Shown here: positions 23,366 through 37,729 of the stretch, piece by piece
Numbering within the stretch: the stretch's first letter is position 1
Layout: every line of letters starts with the position of its first letter
DNA from: Dicyema japonicum
Lineage: Eukaryota; Animalia; Dicyemida
DNA length: 64,000 nt
NCBI GenBank assembly: GCA_011109175.1
Contig: RDEW01000026.1
Location: 327,695-391,694, forward strand
Direction of reading: 5' to 3'
Notes under the pieces: model-generated
What the model was told of the DNA's origin: nothing
What the model saw: only the letters and a program-made list of their open reading frames with translations
Databases searched by the model: none
Made by a program: the position numbers and the translations under genes

Positions 23366-24599
23366 ACAAAAAATCCAGGTTCACTAAACTCTTCTCAAAG
23401 AATTCAGTGATCGTTTTCTATTAAGAATTGACAGCTTTAGAAAACTACGGAAACAGAAGTCATTTTTTTGGCCAAACAAGAAAAAAATGCGGATTCTTAG
23501 ATGAATACTAACCCAAAAAATTACTTCGTTGAAATTAAAAAGACGAAATCGTTGAAATTAAAAGACGAAATAATAATTTTATATATTTACAGTGACAATA
23601 TGAAAATCAAGATTATATTTGTCACCTAATTAGTTAGTTTTGACCTATCTTTCTGGTGGTCTTGGAGATAAATAAATAGATTATTTTTTGTGTTTGTTGT
23701 GATTCAAAACATAAGTTATGATTAGCAGACATTCTATTTTATTGGGGAAAAAAAGGATGAAGCGAGAAAACTGGTAGAGTCCTTTAAACATTTACTAGAG
23801 ACTATCAACAATAATTGTGAGAAATTAAGACGTTAAGACGCCTTTGTGAAACAGATTCTTAGCTATAATTCGGGCATATAGAAAATCTCAAAGCTAGAAG
23901 TGAAAGAACTTGACTATTATGTTTCTCATAGAAATGAATATAGCTAATGTGGATAAAGAATGAATCAAAAATGCTCCTCATTACCCATACGTGTGTTAGT
24001 CAGAGGAACGTTGAAATCTGTCTGGTCATATTCTTAAAAGGGACTCAAGCATGCTATTTGATATAAATTTAGAGACTTTAAACATGACGTAGTCCATAGT
24101 CTTTTCTAAAACTATGATGAAATATGAGTTCCGAGAATGAAGTGGGAATGCGTCAATATAAAATAATTCTCGATTGGACACTCAAAATAGATGTTTATTT
24201 AAATTAAATTATTCCAAAGACCATGGGTAACTAAATTAACTACTCCTTGATCCTGATTCGTTCCAGCGTTCTAGAACTTGTCTCCAGGTAACAACATTGT
24301 CCTTCGGAAAAAAATCGTTGGCTTCTCTTGATTCTGGCCAGACATTGGGTATAATCTGTGATTTATCACGAGTGTTAGAATAACTGGCCCTGAATACACC
24401 AAACCCGCGCGAGAGAACCGTGCTGGTCTCAGTAGATGTTGAGAAGGCTTTTTTCTCAGTATCCCGGAAGATTCTTATGACATCGATCGACTCTAAATTC
24501 AACTCATGGTTGGCTAATTTCATCAACAGTCGAATGGGCTAAGTGGTAGCAGACAACCAAAAATGAAAACCACGATACCTTCCAATTGGAGTTCCACAA

Positions 24600-27500
24600 A
24601 AATTATCCGTTGTCACCAATGATATTAAACATGTTTCTCTGTGACCTCTTATCCCCAACCACAAAAAACTCAATTCTTTTATTTGGATGATAGCGTGATT
24701 TCAGTAAAACATCGAAGAGTCGAGGAAGATTAAAAGTGATTCAGAGAATCAGTGCAAGATCTATTAAACCTGATGGATCTTATGTTCTTGAAGAACCGTC
24801 TAAATATATCACCAGGAAAGTCATATGTAATGGCGTTTACCTTATCACGAAAAGAAATACGGACAACGCCAAAAAATTGTATGATTAACTGATCCCCATT
24901 AAGAAGACCTTTCAATCTTTGGAGTCATCCTGGATCCTCTCCTCACATTCACTCATCAAGTGTACCTGGTAACCGCGAGGATCCATAAAATTGGAATTCT
25001 CAAGGCTTTTACGCACTCCCAAATATCTTCCCGCACATTGTTAGAGCTTCTATGCAAACAGTTTTTTCCCAATTTACTTGTTTTGGCGGCTTCTTTTGCT
25101 GATTGGTAGAAGCGATGGATTCGGAGCCACAGAAATTGATGAAACCGGACAGTGCATTTCCTCTGATGATTTACAATGAAATACGCTCAATTAGCCAGCA
25201 CCTTTCTCTTTATCATTTTTCCTCTTCCGATTCTGTTTGGGAGGGTCAGTGATCTTTAAGATCTTTATTATTGATACAAAATAAAATAAAAAGTTCATAC
25301 AGCGGCTGCCTTGACTGACTTTATTTACCAGAAATTAATTTTTACTACAATTTATCTCTGCTATCAAGGGCGTTTATGACGAGTTGGCTGATCCGTCTCG
25401 ACTTGGTACGTTTGATTTATTTGGATGAAATTATATTTTATAAAATTATACGAATTTAAGACTTAATGTGGATGGTTTTATAGCTTTGTTTGAGACGATT
25501 AGCATTTAAAAAATACCAGAATGTTTTGGGTACCACGATTTATAAAATACACATTTCCCATTTTCAAAAACCCCGGGTACCGAGAAAAAAAGAAAAATAA
25601 AACTATTAGGTGTTCCCAGTCCCCGCAATATGTGTAACCGGTAAATTCATCATCGCCAGTAAATACATCGTTAATAAATTCAAGGTACCGCGTGGGCGGG
25701 TTCTGAGATAAATTGGTAGAATTTTTGATTTTTATATTAATGTTAGAATGAAATTTTGGGGATTTACTGAGCGATAAGAATCATATCTGTCATTTCTTAA
25801 ATTCTGTTGAGAAAATCTGCGCAACCAAAAACGGCCTATTTGATAAATTTTACTGCATTTAGAGTTTTATGTTAATTTTTCACATCTTGTAAATTTTTAA
25901 GATAATATTTTCGAAATGTTTAAGTAGTGGCATTCGCACTAAATATCTACTTAGCCTCTTTTGAATAAAAGGTTTTCCTCTTTCGTTAGCATAAACAAGG
26001 TCTGGAAATAACCCGAAGTTCTGAATAAAGGAATTGTCTGATGCAGGTAGGATCTGGTTCGAATTTCAGCCAGTCAAGAACTAAAAGAGATGAAAAACAC
26101 CAAAGCTACATGTGTATGATCATAGTTATATGTATGCTGCTATTGGATACCCTGTGATTTCAGTAGACCTTAAGATACCAAAGTAAAGAAACTGGAGTTA
26201 GTTTTAAATATATAAAAAAAAAAAAGTTGGGTGCTCTCAGTCTACAGCAGGGGTGTCAAGCATGCGGCCCTTGAAAGGCATAGATGCGGCCCGATTTATT
26301 ATTATTATTAATAGCAATTTCCGCGGAATCAGAAAAGTTAACTAATTTGAGATTCCACTTTTTGCCATGCATCTCTGTACACGGGCTGTGAGTCGTTTCC
26401 ATCCTCCCCTGTTGTTCGCATCCGCCCTCAGATCATCCAGATCCTCTGCTGTTTTCAGTTTTCTTCCTATGCAAGTGAGTTCTTTGTCGACCTCGATACG
26501 TTGTTTTGTTTAATACAGAAAATTATGATTCCATGGCCTGATTGGCTGGTGCCATTTCCGAAGCTCTTAGGATGTCCGAGTTGCTATTTCGCAGAAGTAA
26601 CTTTATTCCCAATCTTTGTTGTTTGAGAAATTCTATAGAGCTCGTTGTTGGTTATCCGGTTTGACTAGTTATTCCAATAGAAGTCGCAGTTGGTTTTTGT
26701 GGAAAGACTAGGGGTTTTCCGGTTTTTGGAGGTTAAGCCCCAGGTTTCCCTTTATAAAGTAGGATTGGTTTGATAAAAAAGTTGTACAATCGGCCCTATT
26801 TAATGGCTATAAAAATAACAAAAAATCATTTTGTTATTTTTTACATTTAATTAGATTTTTTTACAACTGCCTACGTCACTCCAGTTCCTTAAAAGTTTGG
26901 AAAAACAGTCGACTGTGTGTTTGTGAAAGTGGGGGATTCAGCGAGTAATAAAAACAAAAAAATGGAACTTGGCTACAGTCGCAGGATTTCTTGCCTCTAA
27001 ATATGCAATTGGCGACTGGGAAAGGATAGATATTAAGTTCCTCAAGGCCACTCAGAAAAAATATTTGTAAAATAAAATTTATTTCACAACACTACACTCT
27101 ATTATGTTCAAATGTATGGATGACCCAAAAGTCGACCTATCTACTTCCTCAGAATGGTTATCCAAGTGAAATAATGGCCCACGGAGCGAACCATTGTAAT
27201 GTCTTCTGCAAGACGGGGTCAATATGCAACCATTTTAAAAAAAGCTGTTGATCATTTGGCCACTCAGTGTGGTAAAATGCTAAATAGTGAATATCTCCGA
27301 AGACATAATGAAGTGGTAAAGTGCATCCATCTTCATCTTTGTCGAATTTATGAAATCAAAAGAAGCAGGAAATTGAGAGGACATTCGGTTCAGTCAATAT
27401 TGACGAATCAAAATGTCGAAATTGGAGTTGACACGTCGATTTTGACAGAAACAAAAGTCCAATACAATAAACCTGATATTTTTGTGTATGACAAAACAAA

Positions 27501-30500
27501 GAAGGAAGTAACTTTAATTGAAGTGAGGACTACCTCACGAGACAGACTAAAGCAAGTTGAAGTTGAGAAACTTCACAAATATGACTTGCTAGCAAATGAA
27601 CTTTCGCTGCTCTATGAATGCCAAGTGAAGATTATTCCAGTGGTTTTGACATGGGATGGAGTTGTCTCAAGATGCTTCAAGAATATATGGATAAATTATC
27701 TATTGAAGAATCAACGAGGACTTACATCCAATCGGTTGTGCTGAAGAGAACGCTTGAAAATATGCTCATTAACATAAGCATGGAATGAAGGTATACGATG
27801 AAGAGTAAGTCTCTGCTACCTCCCAACTTGTGGAACTGGCATGCCGTGAGGACAGCCCACTGGACTCTAATGGAGATATTTTGACTGAATCTGATGTGGA
27901 GATGCGGAGTAACAGGAAGGTTATAGAACACTCTTCTTCTAAGAGAAGAAGAGAGATTACCTACAATCTGGATCAAAATCCGCTTAATTAGTTAATTTAT
28001 TGATTATTAAGTATTAAGTCCCTATAAAAACAAACTGGTATCCAATTTTTTTAACCTATTCTACAACACTAAAGAATATATTAAAAGGTTGAGAAACATA
28101 CTACGGGCCGAATAGACATATTCTACAAAAACGAAGGAACCTTTGGGGGACGCAGTAGCCAAAGGGTCAAAACTCCGGATATTTTCCAAGTTGGACCTAG
28201 TACCCACATCAATTGATCCTTACATTTGTATCCGGGTCTACACGGGACTTTGTTATCCAGGCCATTGATCCCTACAGGACCTGAGACTACTAGATGTCAT
28301 ACTGAAGTTGGGACTTACAGGGGGGTACCCACACCATTTGTTTCCTACATTCGAATTGGGATCTACACGGTACTTTGTTAACCACATCATCGTCCCTGCA
28401 GAACGGTTAGGGACCACCGTGGAATAACATACTGGGGAAAGGACCTACAAAGGGAGAACTATCTGGAGATGGGCGTGCTGGCTTTGTACCTACAACGTTC
28501 TGGAGATAAATTACTAATTGGATGGATAGCAAGGATAAATGGTACCCGGATGAACAGTCCAGGCCAACTGGCGGACTGGTTATCTATTCAATGACGTGTT
28601 GTTGTTTTAATTCATTAATTCAATTAATTTTTAACGTGTATAGGGTATGAATTGTATTTTTTGCCTCCTTATACTCCTCAACAAATTCCAATTGAAGAGT
28701 TTTTTCTGTTTGGAAAAATAACATAAAAAATTGTAGGAACTCTGAGGAATTAACAAACGCAATCCAAACACATCATGCGGAGCTATTTATTTAAAGCATT
28801 GGCTAATGAAAATTTTAATTTACAGTTGTTTTTTTCCAATTAATTATAAAATTGGGTTTTTTTAATCTGACCCTTGACAAAATTAAACATTTTTGACAAA
28901 GTTATTAAATTTTTATGACAAAGTTTTTTTTATGACAAAATTATTAAATAAATAGGAAAACCCTTTATTAGTGTGTAGTGCAATAAGAAACTCAACCAAC
29001 GTGTTTGGCACGTGTCGCAAGCGTAATTAATAAATATTAACAAGACTATGGGATATAGGGATTTTTGGTTAGAAAATAGGATTTGATTAATTTATTCAAT
29101 TTAAGTTATTTATTCAATTTTATTACGTATTTTGAATAATACATTAATTATATTCCTTGTTGCTTTTAAATTTTAAAAATAAATTTACAAAACCAGTTAG
29201 AATAACAACAATTTATAATAGAAATGGTTAAATGATTATGATCATTTTTCAAAGCCAATTAAGTGCTCCAATTAGCTAAATTCTGTACTCACATAATTAG
29301 GACAATTTTAATGACAACTAAAATTTCTAAAAATGCCACTTATGGCATTATTATTATTTTAAAACCCCAAGGCCACCAAGAAAGAATTAACTCGATATTT
29401 AAGTGATCCCAGCATCCAGCATCTCTCGAAATCTCTTCGAATGCTCCACTGGTGAACACCAGCGTTTTCTGAAGTGTCCTGAAGTATTTCTTTTATTTCT
29501 GCAGAGGAATTCTATCAGAATGCACTTTTTTTAATGCCGATCTAAATTCCTTTGCCTCTTTCTGAATTTGGCTTCCTAGCTCATCGCACATTTGTAGGAA
29601 GCCCTGGTCATATCTCATCGTCGCCTCCTCTTAAAAAAGACTGGGGTTGGATGTGGAGTCTGATTGCATATGCCTCATGATCTTACGTCTGAGAGAGTTC
29701 ATATGCTCCATCCTCGTAGAAGGAATATCGATTCTCCAGCTAGAACAAGCATATTCAAAAATTTTCCAGCCATAGCACGATGCTCGTATGTAAATTTGAG
29801 TTAAGATCTTCTTGATATGGAGTGTCCTCAAAACCGAGTCAAAGGCTTTCTGTATATCTACAGATTCAGAGCCGTACGTATGTGCGTCTTCATGTTGAAG
29901 CCGTCTGTGATGAACTGGGAGACAGATCCCTGAATGCGTCGTTTTAGAACGGCCTGATCTGAAGCCATGTTGAAAATCAGAAATTTGTAGAACTGGGGAG
30001 ATAGTAGTACAAGCTTCTCCAACACTTTTGGCAAGGCACAAGTTATAGAGACAGGACTTTTGGTAAGAAGATGGATTGTCTTTTATTTCCAGTCTTAAGG
30101 TAATCAATGAGTTATTCCATTTTTAGAATTTATAGAATCGTTGTATAGTCTTTGATGACACAATTTGAGCTGAGTCCTAGGTGTTTGAGGTGGATAGCAC
30201 AGACATCGTCGGGACCACAGGCTCGGGTTGGTCGTAGAAATTTAATAGTCTTTTCCACGTCGTAGGTAGTGCAGAACATAGTATATTTCGTCTGTTGTGG
30301 ACCACATCGTTTGACATGTAAAAAGAGAGAGGAATCCTTGTGACTGATCGACACACAGTATTTCATGAAGATATTAGCGAGTTTCCGTGCATATCCCGGA
30401 GCAAGGGCAACAGTTTCCACTCTGCCGTCATCTTCCTTTGTGACGCTGTTGATACTCTTTAGAGTCTTCCAGAAGGTTCCACACGAATTCTTGTGGCATA

Positions 30501-31200
30501 GTCAACCAACAAGCTGACTCCACAAAATTCTGCGATTTAGAAAGCGTATGAACGGTATAGAGCCGTCGATTTTCTTCAAAGCATCCCGTTTCTTGATAAG
30601 TTCCAGGATACCCGAAGATAGTTTCGGATTGAATTTTCTGTAAGAGGATATTGGGATTAACATTCTGTCCGCTTTTCGAATAACTGAAGTTAACATAATG
30701 ACTGTCTTGTCAACAGGGACATCTTCCACAGCGAGGCCCGATAGAAAATTATCCACATACGTGCTGAATCCAAACTAATTTGCCTTCGAATAGTTTTTGA
30801 ACTTTGTAGAACATAGTGGCAGACAGATATATCTTTTCAGTTTCAACACAATTGGGTTATGATCGCTTGTAAAACCATAACGAACATCCCATGACAGATG
30901 TCCAATAAGGGAGGGAGTGCATAATGATAAGTCCTGGGAAGTTGGGGTATCCCTCTTCGGATTGGGGTCCTCGTATGGGAATCCGGATTATTGAGAATAG
31001 TTAATTCGTCAAGTATAGATAGGATGTACTCTCCGCGATTGATGGCTAATTGTGTCCGGAGCCAGAGTGGATGTTTGGCATTTAAGTCTCCGCATAGTAG
31101 CAGATCCTTTAGTCCACACAATCTCAATAGGTTGGGGATATAGGAAGTATTACATGACCCCTGAGGCGGGATATAGACATTGCACAGTTATAAACATCTC
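24600..31200 (+). repeat. Segmental duplication A, copy 2
   Basis: Colinear with 5977-13360. Confidence 0.92.
27190..27975 (+). mobile_element. R4/Dong-like RLE 3' end, copy 2 (longer open frame)
   Basis: 181-aa ORF with RHNEV, NKPDI..D, IEV, KLHKYDLLANEL and IIPVVLTWDG. Confidence 0.85.
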
Positions 31201-31660
31201 GTCGGAGAACAGGAAAGTTCAATTGAAATCTGTTCCATAATAAAATCCCCTTCGCAGAAAGAAGATACAAAAGGGGTGACATCCGTAATTTTTAAGTTCC
31301 ATCCTTAACGATAGTCAATAATAATCGTCCGAGACTTTTTGTTCGGTCCTTGCGAAGTACATGATATCCAGGAAAACAAAGTGTTGGGGATTTTCTAGAG
31401 AGCTTCGATTCTTGAATGAGGGCAATGTCCACTTTCAAGTGGGATAAGAGGGATCGTAGTTCCAACACTTTATTGCGATTCCATTTACATTTAATTGTAG
31501 AATAATCACTGTAGATTTGGACTACATCAACAGACAGAAGTAGTACAGAGAAAACGGGGAATTGGTAGGCCACCCTTCTGAAGATCGTAAGGAAAATCGA
31601 ACGTTAAACCGAACTTGATTGAGCGGCACCACAACAACAGGTGAACCACGCTAAAAAAGA
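29370..31660 (-). mobile_element. Nearly full-span decayed APE-RT LINE
   Basis: Endonuclease motifs WN..DIALIQESKL and GDLNAKH, then RT motifs QHGFRSGRS and VDIQKAFDSV, then the 3' GCTGGGATCAC motif. Confidence 0.88.
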
Positions 31661-32039
31661 TATGGCATCTAAAAATGAATAATATAAATATCGGAAAATT
31701 TATAATTTTTTAAATAATTTTTTTAAATAACTCTCACTTGTGAGCCATCGTAATCGATATACCAAACAAAACATAAATCCAATCCGTTGTACTCAAAAAG
31801 ACGTTGAGAGCACGAGGAGCGAAAGAATTCTCAATTTTTGTTCAGCGAAAGTTAGTGTCTTTTATTTTGAGAGAATATTTGGAAAGAACAGGCTTCCAAT
31901 GAGAACAAATTTTGGATGACAAAACTAGTGACTGGAATACAAGGCACATTGCAGACTATAGCAAAGAAAGCATTCTGGAAATACTTAAACATTTCCCCAA
32001 CTAGAGAGCTAGCGGATGTGATGGGACCACCTTTGTGAA

Positions 32040-32600
32040 GAGGTCTCAAAGTTAATACACGGAAAGTATACTCCAGATGAGTTGCTCCAAACTGGAATCA
32101 CCAATCTTATTTCCAAGAAAGACGTGTGTCATACCCCAAAGGACTTAAGACAAATTACGTGAATGCCCAATTTTTTCAAGTTGGTGACGAAATTTGAACT
32201 GAAAATGATCAGACTATATTGTGGCATACCAGCAGTGACAATCTATTGGGGACACGAAAGATGTGCCAAGAGGCTTAGGAGTGGGCACTATCAAACCAAA
32301 GCAGAACGTTATAAGGCCTTCGATTCAGTTTATCATGACTTTTTGCATCGGTTACTCGATAACTATGCACTCCCTTACTGGATTGTGACCTTTGTAAAGA
32401 ACTTGGTCACGAAGTGAAAAATTAAATTGAACTTCAACTGGAAACAATTTGGGGAATTCTGAATGAGGAGGGGGATTCTACAGGGTGACTGTCACCGCAG
32501 ATATTTGTCTTCATAATGGACTCACTGAGTAGGGTTTTACTACGCGGCATGGAAATCATCACTAAAGAAGGGGTGAAACAAACTATTATGGAGTGCTGAG
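32040..32600 (+). mobile_element. R4/Dong-like RT fragment
   Basis: KDLRQIT..PNFFKLVTK, YKAFDSVYH, GILQGD.LSPQIFVFIMDSLS. Confidence 0.65.
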
Positions 32601-32699
32601 ATAAAGCTCCTGAAATGGACGGGATACGCCTAAAGCTATTCAAGGATGGTCCTAATTGCCTTTGAGGTCCTCCGTTACCTAGGAACAATGGGGCTTTCG

Positions 32700-33700
32700 T
32701 CTAGGGATCACGTGGAGATTGTTTTTGTATCTTGAACTCTGAGACTGAGAAGGCCGGGAACTTCAAATATCAGCTGAGTGTCATGTGCCTGGATATATCG
32801 AAGGCTTTCGATAGTGTCTGGAATGACGCACTTTTTGTCAGTCACAGCTGAAATCCCAAAACCTTTACTCGATTGGTTAAGGAATCTTCAGACAGGGAGA
32901 AGTTCATTTGTGAGATGTGGAGAATTTACTTCTGAAGAGATTGAGGAGGGGAGTACCACAAGGCTTGAGTCCTCTGCTCTTTAATATATTTATAAGAGAT
33001 TTTTCGGCTCCCAGGAATCTTAGTTCTAACGTAATTATTTATGCAGACGACGTACTGATATCAGACATCTTGAAAAGTCTCTATTGGTGAAGATTTCGTG
33101 GATTTTTGGAAGAAATTCTTTGGTGGTGTAAATCCCCGGCTTAAGTCTCTCAATGGAAAAGTGAAAAGCCGTGAGAATTTCAGACTATAGAAAGTTTTTT
33201 TAACAGGAGTGCACATTGAGTGGCATCAGCAATGTTGATTATTTGCGTCATGTAGAGGAGATTATGTTGAAGGACCCAAAGTGAAGAAAAAGGCTTACCA
33301 AGCACTTCTGTGTCTGCGAAAACTAGATTTGAAGAAAGAGGCGTTTATCTTTATTTTTGAAATAATTATTCTGCCCTCTCTTATCGGTTGTGAAGGATGG
33401 TATTTTTCACCAAGAGGAGAAAGAATAATCAACCTTTTGGACGAAACGAGGATGATGGCAATCAAGCTATTCCTTCGCAAAAAAAGTGAAGAAGCACTAG
33501 AAAAAGAGGAAAACCTTATCAAATCAGTAAGGGGTGTGGTAGTGGAACGGATTGAGGGTTTTTCTGAGGAGCAAAGTGGTCCTTGTGCACCATTGGATTC
33601 ACCTGAAACCAGCGAATAAAGAAAGACTTTATATGCCACCAAATTGGAAGGGGGTTGGAATCTATTACACAAAAAAGTAACGGATGCTACTCCAATTCCT
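32700..33700 (+). mobile_element. Decayed LINE RT fragment
   Basis: CLDISKAFDSVW, GVPQG, SPLLFNIF, YADDV across frameshifts. Confidence 0.7.
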
Positions 33701-35799
33701 ACGAGACCTTGAAAAGAAAACTGCGGGTCATCAAATCATGAAAACACACACGGTCATTATCGCAGAATTTCTATGCCGAGAATATAAAGCTCAAAGGCCT
33801 GACATTCTCAGCCTCGTCCTAAAGAACATGAACTGGCTAATTTAAGAAATTCAGAAAAAGCAACTACAAGAGTCGTGTTCCACTGTCTAAGTGATTTAAA
33901 CATCGAAATAGCCGAATCTTCCCTTTTCGTTGTCGCATGGGAACAACTCTCCCAGATGTGAAGGGATGCTTTGTTTATCATTTAGAGTCGATTAGAGTCG
34001 TCCACCATAATCTGAGGGCTAATCTGCTGAAGAGTCAATTTATGCTCTCTCTTTCATATTCCTGCGAGATCCCTGAGTCTATCATGCTGGAGCCATTCCA
34101 ATTGTTTAAAAAATCTACTAAAAGAATCCATCTGTCGACTACATCCTTTATTTTGGATCTTCGGCCAAACGATACCTTAACTTTGCGTTGGTTAGTGCTT
34201 AAGAAAGTCTTAGCTTGTGCTGAATCTAACAGAAAACACTTTCCTTACCTACACAGCATCTCAGTGACAATCTAGCATCTCACCGTCTTTTATCAAGCAC
34301 AGTGGTTAATTGGTTAGATAATTAAGTAGTGACACACCTCTATTGTTTGCATCGCTTCAAGACTGATGAAAGCTTTGTCTTCCTTCTGAGTGATTGGACC
34401 AAATGATAGACTCAGTAGAAACCAGAAATCAAAAGTGCTTGAGTTTTCTAGTCGAATCACATTCCGGAAAATTTGAAAATATTTAAGGATTTATTTATCT
34501 CTGGTCTTCAAGCGAAGGAAACTGGCGGATTAACAAAAAACTGACGTTCCCGCTGATCCTATAGAGTGATTTATTGTGTGAGGAACTTCTACATGAATAA
34601 GTATCAATCGAAAACTACACTTTAATAACTTTTTCATGAATATGTCATTTTTGCCAAGAGATCTGCTCTCATGGAAATCCATGACAAACTATGTCAGTCG
34701 TCTTAAATACTGAGCATTATTTAAGGGAGTTGAAAACCGCTGACGACCTGAATTATGAGACCATTGGCTAAAAATTCAGATGTGGGGAGAATGACATCTG
34801 ATACTATGTCTTTGGCTATAAGAAACTTGGTTCTCGTGAAAGTGCTTATTATAATTATGGCCAAGAATCACCATTAAATTAAGAGAGAGTCCCGCCATTA
34901 AATAATTCCGACTCCCCATCTTAGCTAGGCGTTCTTTTCTAGATCCCATGCACTGTCGCTGTACAGGCATGAATTTGCGTGAGATGACCAGTCCTCCTGA
35001 CAATAGTCTCAAAGGAAAGGCTATTTCACTTGAGCAGAAAACTTTTTTAGAGTTAGAGACACAACTGTCAATTTATTTATTTTTATTTATAAACCAAAAA
35101 TAAATTTGGTACTTTTGCAATACATACTTAACAAAATAAGGCTCTAAATGAAGTAGTGAAATTTTTTTAATGAATTAATTAAAAAATTGAGCAATGCCGA
35201 ATTTGTAAATATTATTATAAATTTTTTTAAATAAATTTCTAAATCTTTACGACTGTGGTGTTAAAACGATACGACAGAGTCAAAGCTTAGCTATTAACGA
35301 CGCCCTACCAAAGAAGAAACCGTTATGGGCTTCATATAGATGCTTATAATCATTCCCTTAGCGAAAAAAGTCATTATTACAAAAATAAGTCACTTGTTTC
35401 TACGCAGCGTGATGTTCGATGGACAATATCTAACGATAACATCTATTAATTCATCGAAGGAGTTTTCCAAATGGGTCACTTGCCTTCACAAAAATTCTAC
35501 AAAATAACTCGTAGTATTTAAAATTTGCAAAATATGAACCCATAAAAAGACGCACGGTACCTCTTAGTCTTTTATTACGGCATTTGCGCTTCCCCATTCT
35601 AAATTTTCCTATTTAATTTTTATGTGAACCTCTCAACAGTCTGTGTATGTGCACCTGTCCTCGGGTCTATAAAATTTCGTCTGCAAATTTATAAACGAAT
35701 TTTAATAAACCTGTGATTAACTTTGAAGTGCACATAGGCAAGAGCATTAAGATCTGGAACAACCTATTTCCAAGAATATATTAATTACAATTACCCTTC

Positions 35800-37110
35800 C
35801 ATTTGTCAGTGTGTATCACTCATCCCAGTGCGATATTTTGCTGTATCGCCGCTGTTAGAATTCTTTTCGACCGAATAGAAACCATCTCTAGGAATCGAAC
35901 ATTTGGTTGTCCATACGAAATTTCCTTTTCGATTCAAATGTCGATATTTTTTTCTCAATGATTTAATTTTATCTTGGAGAAAAATTTAACAAGTTTCCTG
36001 AAAATCACGCTTAATGAAATTAAGAGACTGGAACACAATTACCAAATGCAAACAACATTTTTTATACTTTGAGTTGTAAAAAATGCGATATCACACGTAC
36101 TGGAGTTTTCCGAAAATAAGCCTATGGGCTTACTAGTAATGACAAAAGAGATACTTCTCAACTTGCTGTATTTGTAGGGGGGATAACTGAAACATTCCAA
36201 ATTTTTGTAGAATTTGTCATTCCAATATGGGTACAGTGACAGGAACCGACGTTTTCAGGCATTTGATGTAATTTTTAACAGAATCAAATATCCCACTTTC
36301 TAAATTTGTTGGAATTACGACAGATGAGGCTCCTTCTATGGTTGGGAACAAAACGAGAATTATTACATACTTCGAAGAGAATTAGAAAATCTTGGAATTC
36401 GTCAGTTGCCAAATCAGTCAAGTTACGCGAGGCAGTGAACGCTGCTGTTAATGCAGTCACTTGTATCCCTTGGCTTAAATTATCGGTAGTTCAAACACTT
36501 TTAATTTATACTGAAGCAGAATATGGAGATCTCATATTTTTGTAATGTCGGATGGCTTAGCAAAGGGTCAATGTTCAAGAGACTATTTCATATACTGGAT
36601 CTTGAGGAAAAAAATTATGATGCTTTACATTTCCGAAATATTGTTAACATCCAAATTCACTGAGAAAAAAAGACAGAAAAAACGTCAGACAGTTAGGTAA
36701 ACCAGTTCCTGCAATCTAACGAGCCATCCAACGTCTGTGGTCTCCCATTGTTCCCACTACCGTGAGAAAGAGCCTTCTCTCATCCCTGCAGATAACTTCG
36801 ATTGGGGAGGGGAACTTCCTAACCAATCGACTTTCTTTGCCTTGAAAAGGACAGACTAAGCGAGTTTCCGTCCTCCTGAAATTGAGATTAGAATTTTCAC
36901 GTTTCGTGGACTAGGAGTGTTTAAATATATTAATTTTTCTGGTTCGTAAAAATCCACATTTAATCGCCAATGCTAAGAAAATGGTTTCTATATTTTGAAG
37001 CACATTTTTATGTGAACAGTTATTCTCCAAAATGACTAATGTAAAAAATTGTTAAGAACATAGGTCTAAAATTAATGTCCCAGTGGCTGAATTTATTTCT
37101 TCAAACAAAC
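35800..37110 (+). mobile_element. Decayed hAT (Charlie/SPIN/GTF2IRD2-like) transposase, interrupted at about 36655-36870 by a LINE 3' end
   Basis: GITTDEAPSMVG, AEYGDLIF, WLSKG and C-terminal STFLCEQLFSKM. The insert resembles 37745-37920 and the reverse complement of 58640-59110. Confidence 0.75.
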
Positions 37111-37729
37111 TCGTAAAACTGAGTGCACTATATTATGAAGACACCACAGTGTATGTTGGTAGAGGATTAATGGCTGATTCGTGTGAGGAAAAAAAATAAA
37201 GATCAGTTAACTTTTCCGAGAAAAGAATGATTTCCAACGGTTGGGATATATGGATTATTATTAACCCAGTATCCGCCGAGAAAAAAGTTAACAAATAATT
37301 AAGCGTATCCAATTTCCACTGTCATGGAAACAGAGTCCTACCAACGTCACAAAGTCTATCCAGATCCTGCATAAATGATAAGAGACGTCTATTCCTTCAG
37401 TTGTAGAAACCCCTCCAATAGAGTGGAAAGCAAATGATCCTTTTTCGTGCACATTGGCATTGGGCGCCACATAAAACAGATCATATGATTCCACTCTAGT
37501 AGAAACCTTTCATTAGAGTTTGAAGAGGGGTGGGTTTTTTTCCCAAATTTCGTGTATTTGAGGCCTCTAGCCTTGAATGGAAGAAACGACTTGTTTCTCG
37601 ATCACACAGACCGATGAAGCCAGAGCCGTTATTTTTGATTGCGGCGTGGTCAAGCAATGGGGGAGGGGGAAAGATCGGAAAATAGATTCGTTATACGTGC
37701 AAGTAGTCACATTTTTTATTTATTTATTT

